64,000 nt of DNA from Deltaproteobacteria bacterium (GTDB lineage Bacteria > Myxococcota_A > Polyangia > Polyangiales > Houyiibacteriaceae), in assembly GCA_034670305.1 (NCBI GenBank), contig JAXMNT010000009.1, positions 32,001 through 96,000 on the forward strand, written 5' to 3'. The translations under genes were made by a program, and so were the position numbers. This document shows, one piece after another, positions 31,137 through 42,104 of this stretch; the first letter of the stretch is position 1; every line of letters begins with the position of its first letter. The notes beneath the pieces are model-generated. The model saw only the letters and a list, made by a program, of their open reading frames with translations, did not search any database and was not told the origin of the DNA.

Positions 31137-31795
31137 GCCAGTCTTCCTTCGAAGTCCCGATCAGCTGGGAAGCCCTGGAGGACGCGTTCGAGAACAACGC
31201 CCCCGAGGTTCATTCGTACCTGCATCTCGAAACCGGTGAAGTGGTCCGCATCGTCGACGGAATCGCCGACCCGGGCATGCACCAGCGCATCATGGGCGAC
31301 AAGACGTACATGCGGATCGATCCGGTGTCGTCGCGTGAGCAGTACCGCTGGATGGAGCGCTTCATCGCGACCGTCGAAGAGTCGGAGCTCAAGGACAAAC
31401 TCACCGAGTCCATCGACGGCAAGGGTGCCTTTCGACGATTCAAGGACGTTCTGCTGTCGTATGCGGTCGACCGCGAGCGCTGGTTCACGTTCCGTTCAGA
31501 GCGCTTGCGCGCGTGTATGGAGGCGTGGCTGACCGCGCACCACATCGTGGTCGTCGAGCGAGAAGCGTGGCCGGTCCCCACCCCCGAAGAGGTGAAGGAG
31601 TCCGTCGAGCCGCGCGGCGATGCACGCGGCGCAGCGGTGGAAGCATCGCGTGCCCGCCTGCACGAGATGGTCGATCGGTTGCCGGCCCGCGAACTGGACG
31701 CTGCGCTCGCCTTCGTCGAGTTCCTCGGCAGCCGCCGCCGCGTGCCGCTCCCACGGGTGCCCCGGCCGGCGAAAGCCAGCGGCGAAGAAGAGTAG
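31133..31795 (+). CDS. UPF0158 family protein
   Basis: YLHLETGEV, YRWMERFI, IDGKGAFRRFKDVL...WFTFR; GTGA overlap with the glpK stop. Confidence 0.85.
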   Translation: MSQSSFEVPISWEALEDAFENNAPEVHSYLHLETGEVVRIVDGIADPGMHQRIMGDKTYMRIDPVSSREQYRWMERFIATVEESELKDKLTESIDGKGAFRRFKDVLLSYAVDRERWFTFRSERLRACMEAWLTAHHIVVVEREAWPVPTPEEVKESVEPRGDARGAAVEASRARLHEMVDRLPARELDAALAFVEFLGSRRRVPLPRVPRPAKASGEEE

Positions 31796-32485
31796 TTGGT
31801 GCGCCTCGCCGTCGTCGCGATGTTCGGGGCGCTCTTCGTCCCGAGTGTGGCCGGCGGTCGACTGCACGCCCAGGTACCCACTCAGGTTCGGGGCGATGGC
31901 ATCGTCGCCCTGGTGGGTTCGAACACCCCGCAGCGCGGAACGGTGGTCATTCTCCACAGCGACGTCGAGCTTCGCGCGCGGATCCGTCTCACAGGTCAGA
32001 TGCGAGACCGGTTGCCGCTTGGCGCCGTGCCCGAGGGACTGATGGCCGCAACCCTCGAAGAGATGATCGGAGAGACGTTGATCGCCCGAGAGGCAGAGCG
32101 CGTCCAGGTCGCTTCGCCCGCGGCCCAGGATTTGGTCGCCGAGCGCCGACGCTTGGCCCAGCAAGCAGGTGGTGAGGCCCGGCTCGAACAGCTGCGTCAG
32201 GCGACTGGGGCCTCGCGCGAAGAACTCGAGTCCATCGCCACCCGTCGCGCGCTGGTCCGGGTGTTTCTGGAAGCCAACCTGGAGGGGCAGTCGCGGGTGG
32301 ACGACTCGGCGGTGGAGCGCGCGTTCGCCGGTGGTGAACACCCGTTCCTGGGCCAGGAGCTCGAAGATGTCCGTGAAGGCATGCGCGTCTGGCTGACTCA
32401 GCAGCGGCTGACGGCCGCGGTGGAGCGGTGGGTCAACGTGCTCCGGGCGCGCACGACCGTGCGGATCGTCGCACCGTACAGCTGA
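31796..32485 (+). CDS. SurA N-terminal domain-like exported protein
   Basis: Signal peptide; DGIVALVG...ILHSDV, LEEMIGETLIAREA, WVNVLRARTTVRI. Confidence 0.7.
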   Translation: MVRLAVVAMFGALFVPSVAGGRLHAQVPTQVRGDGIVALVGSNTPQRGTVVILHSDVELRARIRLTGQMRDRLPLGAVPEGLMAATLEEMIGETLIAREAERVQVASPAAQDLVAERRRLAQQAGGEARLEQLRQATGASREELESIATRRALVRVFLEANLEGQSRVDDSAVERAFAGGEHPFLGQELEDVREGMRVWLTQQRLTAAVERWVNVLRARTTVRIVAPYS

Positions 32486-32490
32486 GGCCC

Positions 32491-32650
32491 GCGATTCCCA
32501 AAGCCAGCAGCACTGCGATTCCCGGGGCCAGCAGCACGGCGATTCCCGGGGCCAGGAGCACTGCGATTTCCAGGGCCAGCGCCTGCGAGGCCGAGGCCAG
32601 CACCTGCGATTGCGGAGGCCAGCACCTGCGATTCCCGAGGCCGGCGCTGG
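32491..32650. repeat. Intergenic 21-24 bp degenerate tandem repeat (TGCGATTCCC...CCAGCAC), about 7 units
   Basis: GCGATTCCCAAAGCCAGCAGCACT / GCGATTCCCGGGGCCAGCAGCACG / GCGATTCCCGGGGCCAGGAGCACT, then shorter variants. Confidence 0.9.
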
Positions 32651-32696
32651 CTGCGAGCGTTTGCGCGCTGAGGGAAGATTCGTCAGAGCGTCGCCG

Positions 32697-32969
32697 GTGA
32701 CTGGGAACGACAAGCGAATCGCCCGTGGACTCGGCTGGGTGGCCGGCGGCGGGCTCTTGCTCCTCGTGAACTTCGCGGTGGCCCTCGCCGTTTCCCCGCA
32801 ATACCCCAACTACCCGGTTCAACCGACCAGCTTCGTGCTCTTCGCGGCCGGGGCCTTCGGTGGCATGTGGGCGGCGGACAAGCTCGGAAACCGCGCCCTC
32901 AAGGTGATGGGGTTGACCACTGGCGTGGTGCTCGCGCTCTTTCTTCTGCTGTTCGTTCTCTCACGCTGA
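32697..32969 (+). CDS. Small 3-TM membrane protein
   Basis: Three hydrophobic segments in 90 aa. Confidence 0.7.
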   Translation: MTGNDKRIARGLGWVAGGGLLLLVNFAVALAVSPQYPNYPVQPTSFVLFAAGAFGGMWAADKLGNRALKVMGLTTGVVLALFLLLFVLSR

Positions 32970-33098
32970 CCCAAGACCCGGTCGGCTCCGCGGTTCAGAA
33001 TGTGGACCGCCAAGACAAGGTGGGTGAATGTGCTACAGCGGGCCTGCCGAGCGTGCATTCGCACCTGGGCGTAGCCGCTTTTTGAGCCGAGGCCAAAC

Positions 33099-34442
<1,344 letters not shown>

Positions 34443-34449
34443 GCGGCCC

Positions 34450-35070
34450 GTGTTGCGACCAGCCAGTCTGATCTGCGCGCTCGCGCTTGCGTGTTCGCCT
34501 TCCACCACCGACGTGCGTGAGGCGGCGGGACCGCATTCGTGCCTCGCGCCCCCCGATGGGTCCCCCGCGCGGAACGAAGCGCTGCGGGTGGTCGGCCAGA
34601 CCCTCTACGCCGCCCTGCACGAGGGCACCCCGGAGCAGGTTCTTTTCGACGACGCGGCCGTGAACGCACTGCTCACGCCGAACGCCGCTACCCGCGCCCG
34701 AGCCTTGCGGGCGGGCCTCTCGACCCGGCTTCAGATCGAGCCGGTTCGGTTTCAGGTCCTGGGCGATGCGTCCCCCGACGCGATCTGTGTTCAGGGCACC
34801 CGCATCGCGGAGCCGGGCGATGTGCAGTTCGGCAACCAAGACCGCGCCTGGGTGTTCGAGCGGGCCCTCATCAGCGGGGAGCAGCCTGGCGGGCGCAAAG
34901 TGGCCGCGTGGGTCGAAGGAACCTTCGTTTTTACCGACGCAGGCTTCGGAGCCATCGATTTGACCCGCGTCGAGTCTCCGCGGTGGGAACACAGCGATCT
35001 GGAGCTCGCCACCTGCGATGTGCGGGTATCACTCTCTACACCACAAGATGTAGTGGTGGCCACGGACTGA
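34450..35070 (+). CDS. Hypothetical lipoprotein
   Basis: VLRPASLICALALAC lipobox; follows the upstream stop by 7 nt. Confidence 0.7.
   Translation: MLRPASLICALALACSPSTTDVREAAGPHSCLAPPDGSPARNEALRVVGQTLYAALHEGTPEQVLFDDAAVNALLTPNAATRARALRAGLSTRLQIEPVRFQVLGDASPDAICVQGTRIAEPGDVQFGNQDRAWVFERALISGEQPGGRKVAAWVEGTFVFTDAGFGAIDLTRVESPRWEHSDLELATCDVRVSLSTPQDVVVATD
35041..35056. promoter_or_regulatory. Candidate NrdR box
   Basis: CCACAAGATGTAGTGG (reverse complement CCACTACATCTTGTGG) fits the acaCwAtATaTwGtgt-type palindrome. Confidence 0.5.
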
Positions 35071-35117
35071 GACCCACTGTCACTCGCGTATGCAGTTGCT
35101 TTGAGGGCTCAAGCCTT

Positions 35118-35221
35118 GTAATCCAGGAAGACTGACCGTGGATGCGTCCTTCGAGGACGACACGATGGATTACGCCCACCGCTGCGTGGGCTCGTGTGGG
35201 CAGATCGTCCACTCGAAGGAG
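35118..35221 (+). promoter_or_regulatory. Structured 5' leader of smc with anti-SD
   Basis: GTAATCCA/TGGATTAC, CGTCCT/AGGACG, GCCCAC/GTGGGC and TCCTTCGAG/CTCGAAGGA complementarities. Confidence 0.45.
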
Positions 35222-35228
35222 CGCCGAA

Positions 35229-38200
35229 GTGAAGATCAAGAAGCTCGAAATCGTCGGCTTCAAGTCGTTCGTCGAACAGACGATCGTCCATTTCGACCAC
35301 GACGTGACCGGCATCGTCGGTCCGAACGGGTGCGGAAAGAGCAACGTCGTCGACGCGATCAAGTGGGTGATGGGCGAGCAGTCCCCCTCCCGCCTGCGCG
35401 GCAAGGCGATGGACGACGTCATCTTCAACGGCAGCGAGAGCCGGGGACCCCACGGGTTCGCGGAGGTCTCCATCACCTTCGACAACACGGACGGCCTGAC
35501 CCCGCCCGAGTACCGCGACTACGCGGAGATCCAGGTCACCCGCCGACTCGATCGGTCCGGGCGCAGCGACTACTCGATCAACCGCACCCCGGTCCGGTTG
35601 ATGGACATCACCAACCTCTTCCTGGGCACCGGCGTCGGCCGGCGCGCGTACTCGATCATCGAGCAGGGCCGCATCGGCTTCATCGTCTCGAGCAAACCCG
35701 CCGACCGGCGCGGCATGATCGAAGAGGCCGCGGGCATCACGAAGTTCAAGGTCCGCAAACGCGCCGCCGAGCGCAAGATGGACCAGACGCGGCAGAACCT
35801 GGTGCGCATCGGGGACATCCTCGGGGAACTCGAGAAGAGCCTCAGCTCGCTCAAGCGTCAGGCCCAAAAGGCCGAGCGGTACACCAAGTACCGCGACGAG
35901 GTCCGCGACCTCGAACTCTATGTGGCGTCGTTCAAGTGGTTCGAACTCGACGGAACGCTCCGCATGATCCGCGGCAGCCTGCACACGGAGCAGGCGCAGG
36001 AAGAGGGCGCCCGACTCGGGCTCCGCGTGCGCGAGGCCGAAGTCGAGGTGGAACGCCTGGGCGTGCAGTCGCTCGGCGATGCGGTCGAATCCGATCAGAA
36101 CCGCGCGTACGAACTCGACAACCGCGTTCGGGTGCTCGAAGGACAGATCCAGCAGTTCGTCGATCGCCTCACCGCGCTCCGTGAGCGCGAAGACCTTGCC
36201 GAACGCGAACTCTCCGAACTCGTTCAGCAGCGCGAGTCGCTTGAGATCGAGCGCGCAAGTCTCGCAGCCGCGCTGCACGAACTCGAAGAGGTCGAGTCGC
36301 AGGCCAAGGAACTCTTCGAGCGCGAGAACGCCGAACTCGAACGCCGGCGCCTTGCGATCGCAGAGGCCGAGCGCGCGGTGAACAACGCGCGCGCCCGCGT
36401 GGGTGACGCGGAGACGCGCCGGGCCCGCGCCGAAGCGGTGTTGGCTGGCTTCGAGCGTCGACGCGCCGAAGGCCGCGAGCGGCTGACGGGCATGCGGACC
36501 CAGAAAGAACAGCTCGAGCAGAAGGTCATCGAACTCGGCCAGGAACGCGACTCGTTCGCGATCCGCATGGAGGCCCTTCGCAGCGGCAAAGCGCAGACCT
36601 CTGCGCGGCGCGACGAAGTGCAGGCCGAACTGGACGAGCTCCGGCGCAAGATCCGCGAGAGCGACGCCGACCTCCAGAAGCTGCGCGACCACCTGGCAGA
36701 GAAACGTTCGCGTCTTCGATCGCTGCGCGAAGTGCAGCAACGTTTCGAGGGTGTCGGCGCCGGTGTCCGCGCCCTGATGACGCACTACGCAGGCGACGAC
36801 GAATCGCGCCGGGCGCGGGGTGTCGTGGGCCTGGTCGCCGACCGGCTCCAGGTGCCGGCGGAGTGGACCGAAGCGCTCGCTGGCGCGCTCGGCGACCGGC
36901 TCCAAGAGATCGTGGTCGAAGACCCGACGCGGGCCCTCGAAGCCGCGCAGTTCTTGGCGGAGCAGCAGGCCGGCCGCGCGACGCTCGTGCCCCGTCGACC
37001 GCGCCGCACCGCCGGTGCGCGCCGTCCACTTCCGCAGAGCGAAGGGGTGCTCGGACGTTTGGCCGACCTGGTCGAGAGCGCGCCGGAGGACGAGACGCTC
37101 GTCCGGCACCTGCTCGGTGAGTTCGTGGTGGTCGAAGATCTCGCGACCGCGCTTCGGCTGCATCGGGCCGGCGTCGAAGACGTCCTGGTGACCCGATCGG
37201 GCGAGCTCTTGGCGCCGGACGGAACGTTCACGGGCGGCGCGGGCGACGAAGCGGGCGCGCACCTGCTCTCGATGAAACGCGAGATCCGCCAGCTCGAGAC
37301 CCAGGTGGCCGAACTCGACGCGACCTTGGGCGATGCGGTGACGCTGCACGGCGAACTTCGCCGAGGCATCGCGCAGCGGCAGGCCGAGATCGACGCGGCG
37401 CGGACCGAAGCCCACGACGCGGAGATCGCGATCGTGAAGGCGGAGAAGGACCTTCGCCGAGCGGACGAGGAGGGCAAAGCCACCTCGAACCGGGCGATCG
37501 AACTCGGCGACCAGATCGATTCGCTCGCCACCGCGCTCGACGAAGCGGGCGAAGAAGAAGCGTCCGCCAAGGAAGAGATCGCGGAGGCCCGCCAGGCCGG
37601 TGAAGACGCGAACCAGGAGCTGGACGCGGCGCAGGCCATCTACGGCGAGCGCAAAGCGTCGGTCGAGGAACAGAACGCGCGGGTCACCGAACTCCGTGTC
37701 CGTGCCGCGCAGGCGCGGGAGCGCGCAGAGTCCGATCGCGGCGCACTCGAGCGGCTCACCCGCTCGGTCGAAGAACTCGACAACCGCGAAGCGCGTTTGC
37801 GCGGAGACGTGCTCGAGAGCGCTCAGGAGCAGGGCCGGGTGACCGGCGAACTCTATGGTGCGCGCGAGACCATGGCGGTCGCGCTCGGTCAGGCGATGGA
37901 AGCGCGGGATCAGGTCGCGCGGGCCCGGGCCCGGTTCGAGAGTGCGCGGCAGGTGCTCGGCGACAGCGAAGTCGGCATCAAGCAGCTGCGCGAGCGGGTG
38001 GAACACCTCGGTCGGAGTGCGCAGAACCTGGCGCTTCAGGAGCGGGAGTTCGCGCTGGAACTGACCCATCTGCTCGAGCAGGTGCAAGAGCGGCACCGCG
38101 TCGATGTGCGGCACGTGCTGTGCGACTACCACGCCCGTCCGCTGCCGACCTCGGAGATCAAACAGCGGGTGTCGGAGCTGCTTCGCCTCATCGAACGCAT

Positions 38201-38843
38201 GGGCCAGATCAACCTGCTCGCGATCGAGGAGTACGACGAGAAGTCGACCCGTTACGAGTACCTCAAGGGCCAGGACGAGGACCTGCAGCAGGCGCTCCGC
38301 ACCCTCGACAAGGCGATTCGCGAGATGAACCGCGAGAGCAAGCGCATGTTCAAAGAAGCGTTCGTCGCCATCAACGAACGGTTCAAGCGCATCTTCCCGG
38401 AGCTCTTCCGAGGCGGCAGCGCAGAGCTCAAACTCTCGGATCCGAACGACATCCTGGAGAGCGGCATCGAGATCGTCGCGCAGCCGCCCGGCAAACGTCT
38501 CGGCTCGCTCGAGCTCATGAGCGGTGGAGAGAAGGCGCTCACCGCGGTCGCGATGATCTTCGCCATCTTCCAGTACAAGCCGAGCCCGTTCTGTCTGCTC
38601 GACGAAGTCGACGCCCCGCTCGACGAAGCGAACATCAGCCGCTTCGCCCAGGCGATCCGTCAGATGACTGACCGCTCGCAGTTCATCGTCATCACGCACA
38701 GCAAGCGGACGATGGAGTACACGGACGTGCTCTACGGCGTGACGATGCAGGAGCCCGGCATCTCGTCGCTCGTCAGCGTCGAACTGCGCGGCGAACAGCG
38801 CCCCCTCCCCGAGAAGCCGGACGCGGACGTCGCGGTCGCCTAG
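35229..38843 (+). CDS. smc: Chromosome segregation protein SMC
   Basis: GFKSF, GPNGCGKSN, coiled coils, hinge GRAT, MSGGEKAL, LLDEVDAPLD, FIVITH; SD GAAGGAG. Confidence 0.98.
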   Translation: MKIKKLEIVGFKSFVEQTIVHFDHDVTGIVGPNGCGKSNVVDAIKWVMGEQSPSRLRGKAMDDVIFNGSESRGPHGFAEVSITFDNTDGLTPPEYRDYAEIQVTRRLDRSGRSDYSINRTPVRLMDITNLFLGTGVGRRAYSIIEQGRIGFIVSSKPADRRGMIEEAAGITKFKVRKRAAERKMDQTRQNLVRIGDILGELEKSLSSLKRQAQKAERYTKYRDEVRDLELYVASFKWFELDGTLRMIRGSLHTEQAQEEGARLGLRVREAEVEVERLGVQSLGDAVESDQNRAYELDNRVRVLEGQIQQFVDRLTALREREDLAERELSELVQQRESLEIERASLAAALHELEEVESQAKELFERENAELERRRLAIAEAERAVNNARARVGDAETRRARAEAVLAGFERRRAEGRERLTGMRTQKEQLEQKVIELGQERDSFAIRMEALRSGKAQTSARRDEVQAELDELRRKIRESDADLQKLRDHLAEKRSRLRSLREVQQRFEGVGAGVRALMTHYAGDDESRRARGVVGLVADRLQVPAEWTEALAGALGDRLQEIVVEDPTRALEAAQFLAEQQAGRATLVPRRPRRTAGARRPLPQSEGVLGRLADLVESAPEDETLVRHLLGEFVVVEDLATALRLHRAGVEDVLVTRSGELLAPDGTFTGGAGDEAGAHLLSMKREIRQLETQVAELDATLGDAVTLHGELRRGIAQRQAEIDAARTEAHDAEIAIVKAEKDLRRADEEGKATSNRAIELGDQIDSLATALDEAGEEEASAKEEIAEARQAGEDANQELDAAQAIYGERKASVEEQNARVTELRVRAAQARERAESDRGALERLTRSVEELDNREARLRGDVLESAQEQGRVTGELYGARETMAVALGQAMEARDQVARARARFESARQVLGDSEVGIKQLRERVEHLGRSAQNLALQEREFALELTHLLEQVQERHRVDVRHVLCDYHARPLPTSEIKQRVSELLRLIERMGQINLLAIEEYDEKSTRYEYLKGQDEDLQQALRTLDKAIREMNRESKRMFKEAFVAINERFKRIFPELFRGGSAELKLSDPNDILESGIEIVAQPPGKRLGSLELMSGGEKALTAVAMIFAIFQYKPSPFCLLDEVDAPLDEANISRFAQAIRQMTDRSQFIVITHSKRTMEYTDVLYGVTMQEPGISSLVSVELRGEQRPLPEKPDADVAVA

Positions 38844-38875
38844 ACGGGCGAGCCGGCGAGCCGGCGAGCCCGTCT
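38842..38875 (+). terminator. Hairpin after smc
   Basis: AGACGGGC...GCCCGTCT stem; no clean U-tract. Confidence 0.35.
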
Positions 38876-38946
38876 CCCTTGCCCTTGCCCCTGCCCTTGC
38901 CCTTGCCCTTTGGGTTCAGGTGCGCCGCCCTTGGGTTCGGGTTCAG
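38876..38946. repeat. Hexamer array (GCCCTT)n then (GGGTTC)n
   Basis: Direct reading. Confidence 0.8.
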
Positions 38947-39006
38947 GTCGGTCTCGGACAACCATCCAGCCGCGACTTCGACCGATCCGGACGGTAGAGT
39001 GCCCAC

Positions 39007-39594
39007 GTGATCGCGCATCGAACCTACGCGGCCGCGGTGCTGTCTTCGGGAATCGCAGTGCTGTCTTCGGGAATCGCAGTGCTGTCTTCGGGAATCGCAG
39101 TGCTGCTCCTCGGCTGCGGCCACACCACCGCAGTCGAAACCACCCGCCTCGCCCCCGAAGTCCCGCAACATGAGTGCGCGCTGGCGGACGGCCAGCTCGT
39201 GCTCCACTTCGACGTCCCCGAAGGCCACGCGCTCGCGACCTCCCCCGAAGCGTGTTTGCTCGCGGACGAGGTCGAAGACAGCTACGCGCTCATCGTCACG
39301 ACCCTCGGCACCGACCAGGTTGGCGCGGAACTGCTCGCGGAAGATCCGAACCGCTTCTTCCAGGAGACCGGCTTGCTGGGGGAAGCGACCCTGGTGGACA
39401 CCGAGCCCACCGAGTGGCTCGGCCTGCCTGCCGAGCGGACCACCTGGAACGCGAACCCGCCGGACGTGGGTCCCACCACCGCGGTGACCCTGGCGGTGCG
39501 CCGAGGCTCTCGCTGGATCATCGGGATCCTCTTCACCGAGCGAGACGAACTCGGTTCCGCCCCGCTGGCAGCGGTGCGACTGCAACCACTCTGA
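39007..39594 (+). CDS. Hypothetical lipoprotein with repeat-expanded signal peptide
   Basis: (AVLSSGI)x3 then AVLLLGC lipobox. Confidence 0.7.
   Translation: MIAHRTYAAAVLSSGIAVLSSGIAVLSSGIAVLLLGCGHTTAVETTRLAPEVPQHECALADGQLVLHFDVPEGHALATSPEACLLADEVEDSYALIVTTLGTDQVGAELLAEDPNRFFQETGLLGEATLVDTEPTEWLGLPAERTTWNANPPDVGPTTAVTLAVRRGSRWIIGILFTERDELGSAPLAAVRLQPL
39037..39105. repeat. Three perfect 21-bp tandem copies of GTGCTGTCTTCGGGAATCGCA plus a partial copy
   Basis: Direct reading. Confidence 0.95.
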
Positions 39595-39603
39595 ACCAGC
39601 GTT

Positions 39604-40083
39604 TCAGACGAACCGTCGAGCGATCTCGAGCGCGTCTCCCGACGCTTCCTCCATCAGCGCGACCGCGTCTTCGTCTTCCTCGAGGCGGGTGACCGTGAGT
39701 CGTCCGTCCTCGCCCAGGACGACGTAGTGGCCGAACTGACCGTGCTGGTCGCGGAAGAGGAGCACCATCGCACCGGTGGCCCCGAACTGCTGGACAGCCC
39801 GTCGAAGCAGTTCCGCGAGCAGGTGGGCCTGGGGGCCTTGGTCGTCGGTGAACACGACGGTCTGTCCGTGGAGGCAGGATGGGTCGAGACCGACCCAATC
39901 GAACGCATCCGACAGCTGAGCCTTCGCGGGAGCAACCCACGTGTTCCCATCCATCAACAGGTCGTGGAAGAGGTCGGAGAGTGCGGGCTCCTCGGTCCAC
40001 CGGTCGAACGGATCCGACCGCCATCTGGCCAGGGCACCATCGGCAAACTCGAGCTGAAACAGGACGAAGTCGAATCCGTACAT
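39604..40083 (-). CDS. Hypothetical protein (alternative start 40095)
   Basis: Fills the gap; normal composition, acidic. Confidence 0.6.
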   Translation of the reverse strand: MYGFDFVLFQLEFADGALARWRSDPFDRWTEEPALSDLFHDLLMDGNTWVAPAKAQLSDAFDWVGLDPSCLHGQTVVFTDDQGPQAHLLAELLRRAVQQFGATGAMVLLFRDQHGQFGHYVVLGEDGRLTVTRLEEDEDAVALMEEASGDALEIARRFV

Positions 40084-40163
40084 GGACTTCAGCATACGGC
40101 TGGTCGGTTGCGCGGAACCAGCGAACTGTGCACCCTGTTCGTTGCATGCGTTCCCGCGGCACC

Positions 40164-40529
40164 ATGGCGTTCGTTCTCGGTGTGTTGGCCTTGTCGGTCA
40201 CGGCCAGCGGTGCGTCGTATCTGAAGCGGGCCCATGCGTGTCGGTACATGTCGCTGCCGCAGGCCGTTCGCGCGCCGTGCTGCAGCCTTGGCGGCACGAC
40301 GCGGTTCACGCCTCCGGGCGGCGACTGCTGCAAGCACCTGAACCTCGATGCGTCGGTGCCCGCTGGCACGACGGACTCGGGCGTCGAGGTGCCGATGCCG
40401 ATGGTGGCTGTGGTCACGTTCGCGCCGATGGTGCAGCCCGCCCGCCTCCTCCGAGAAGCGCCCGCGGTTCGCGCCCGGGCGCCGCCACCACGCTGGCGAC
40501 CGACCGACTTCACCGTCCTCCGGATCTGA
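40164..40529 (+). CDS. Secreted Cys-pair/RAPP leader protein (DUF2946/CzcI/HYC_CC_PP-like); alternative start 40146
   Basis: Signal MAFVLGVLALSVTASG; HAC, CC, CC; RARAPPP; C-terminal LRI; directly upstream of cusC. Confidence 0.75.
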   Translation: MAFVLGVLALSVTASGASYLKRAHACRYMSLPQAVRAPCCSLGGTTRFTPPGGDCCKHLNLDASVPAGTTDSGVEVPMPMVAVVTFAPMVQPARLLREAPAVRARAPPPRWRPTDFTVLRI

Positions 40530-40661
40530 GAGCGGTCCCCGCCGCGCCAAGCGCGCAGGTGGGGATCCGTGCGTCGTGCCCGCGTTCACTGCGTGGCCGC
40601 ACGCCGCTCCTCTGATCGGGCCCGGTGACGGACCCGACCGACGCCGTCCGATGGGCGGCCC

Positions 40662-42104
40662 ATGTCCGGAGTCGTTGTGTCTCGCTGGTTTCTACCCCTT
40701 CTTCCATGCGCGCTTCTCGCGTGTGGTCCCACCTCTTCGCGCCCCGCGCTGGGTCCCGAGTCCCTGGTGTCGCGTTTGTCTTCGGCGCCGGTCGAGCCCG
40801 CGCCGCTCGACGGCAGTCTGGAGACGTATGTCGAACATGCGGTGCTGCGCGCGCCACGCGTTCGCGAAGCCCTCCTGACGTACCAAGCGCAGGCCGCGCG
40901 CATCGACGCGGTGGGCGCCTGGCCGCGTCCCACACTCAGCTACTTTGCGAACGTGCGCCCGGTCGAGACCCGGGTCGGCCCACAGCGGCAACGCGTCGGG
41001 GTGCGGGTGCCGATCGCGTGGCCCGGCGTGCGGCGTTCGCCCCGTGAGGCCGCCGCCCATCGAGCCGCTGCGGCCGCGACCCGCCTCGATGCGCTCGCCC
41101 TCGAGCTGCGTGCCTCGGTGGCGGCGGCGTACTGGCGGGTGTGGTTGGTCGAGCGGCGGGGGGTGCAGCTCGCCGAACAACTCGAGGTCACGCTGGCGCT
41201 TCAGGAGGTCGTGCAGAGCCGCGTCGCGGTGGGCGCGGCGTCGGTCGCCGATGTGCAGCAAGTCGCGCTTCGGGCGGCCCGCATCCAGGACGAACTCCGT
41301 TCCATCGCGCCGGCGCGACGGATGCGCGAAGCGGACTTGCGCGCGGCCATCGGTGGTGCGGCGCTGCCGGAACCCAGCATCGCCGCGTCGCTTCCACCCA
41401 TCCGGCGCATCACGGAGAGTCGCGACGCCCTGCACGCGGCGGTCGCTGCCCGGCCCGAACTCGCGTCGATCGAATCGGAGGCGCTCGCGTTCGAATCCGA
41501 AGCGTCGGGCGCGCGCGCGAGCCGCTACCCGGGGCTCACGGTCGGGCTCGATTGGATGGAGACCGGTCCGGCGCGACAGAGCGGCGTGAACGGAGATGGC
41601 CGCGATGCGCTGTCCGTCGGCTTCATGCTCTCGATCCCGGTGGACGTCTCCGCCGACCGGGCCCGCGCGTCGGCGGCGCTGCTTCAGGCGGCGGCGGTGC
41701 GTTCTCGCGTGGAAGGGTTCACCGTCGACTGGCGCGCCGAGATCGAGCGGCAGTCGGCCACCATCGAAGACACCGCGGCGCGGGTTCGACTGCACGAAGC
41801 CACCTTGCTGCCTCAGGCCCAGGCGGTGTTCGAAGCACGCCTCGGCCGCGCAGCAACCGGGCAGGAGGGTGGGGCGGCCGGCGTGGCGGCGTTGCTCTTG
41901 GCCCAGACGGACCTTCTCCAGATCGGGATCGAGCGGGACGCGCTTCATGCCGAGCACCTGGTGGCCTGGGCGGCGCTCGAACGCGTCGTCGGTCGTCCGG
42001 TGGCCGGCGTGGAGAACGAGCCGCTGGAGACCGCACCGCAGCAAACCCCAGCGCCGCCCACACCAACCGATGAAGCACACGCCGACGACGAGGTGGCCCA
42101 GTGA
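40662..42104 (+). CDS. cusC: TolC-family outer membrane factor (CusC/CzcC-like lipoprotein)
   Basis: Lipobox LLAC; two OEP-like repeats; first gene of an RND triad. Confidence 0.85.
   Translation: MSGVVVSRWFLPLLPCALLACGPTSSRPALGPESLVSRLSSAPVEPAPLDGSLETYVEHAVLRAPRVREALLTYQAQAARIDAVGAWPRPTLSYFANVRPVETRVGPQRQRVGVRVPIAWPGVRRSPREAAAHRAAAAATRLDALALELRASVAAAYWRVWLVERRGVQLAEQLEVTLALQEVVQSRVAVGAASVADVQQVALRAARIQDELRSIAPARRMREADLRAAIGGAALPEPSIAASLPPIRRITESRDALHAAVAARPELASIESEALAFESEASGARASRYPGLTVGLDWMETGPARQSGVNGDGRDALSVGFMLSIPVDVSADRARASAALLQAAAVRSRVEGFTVDWRAEIERQSATIEDTAARVRLHEATLLPQAQAVFEARLGRAATGQEGGAAGVAALLLAQTDLLQIGIERDALHAEHLVAWAALERVVGRPVAGVENEPLETAPQQTPAPPTPTDEAHADDEVAQ

Noticed and set aside
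32491-32650. Possible mini-CRISPR
   Set aside because: Units are tandem 21-24 bp with no unique spacers; no cas genes
32433-32822. Minus-strand ORF with GIAVLLAP repeats and an LSC lipobox-like motif
   Set aside because: Overlaps two better-supported plus-strand genes; explained by the repeat
35138-36184. Alternative-frame ORF starting in the smc leader
   Set aside because: Arg-rich frameshift shadow of smc, not a short uORF
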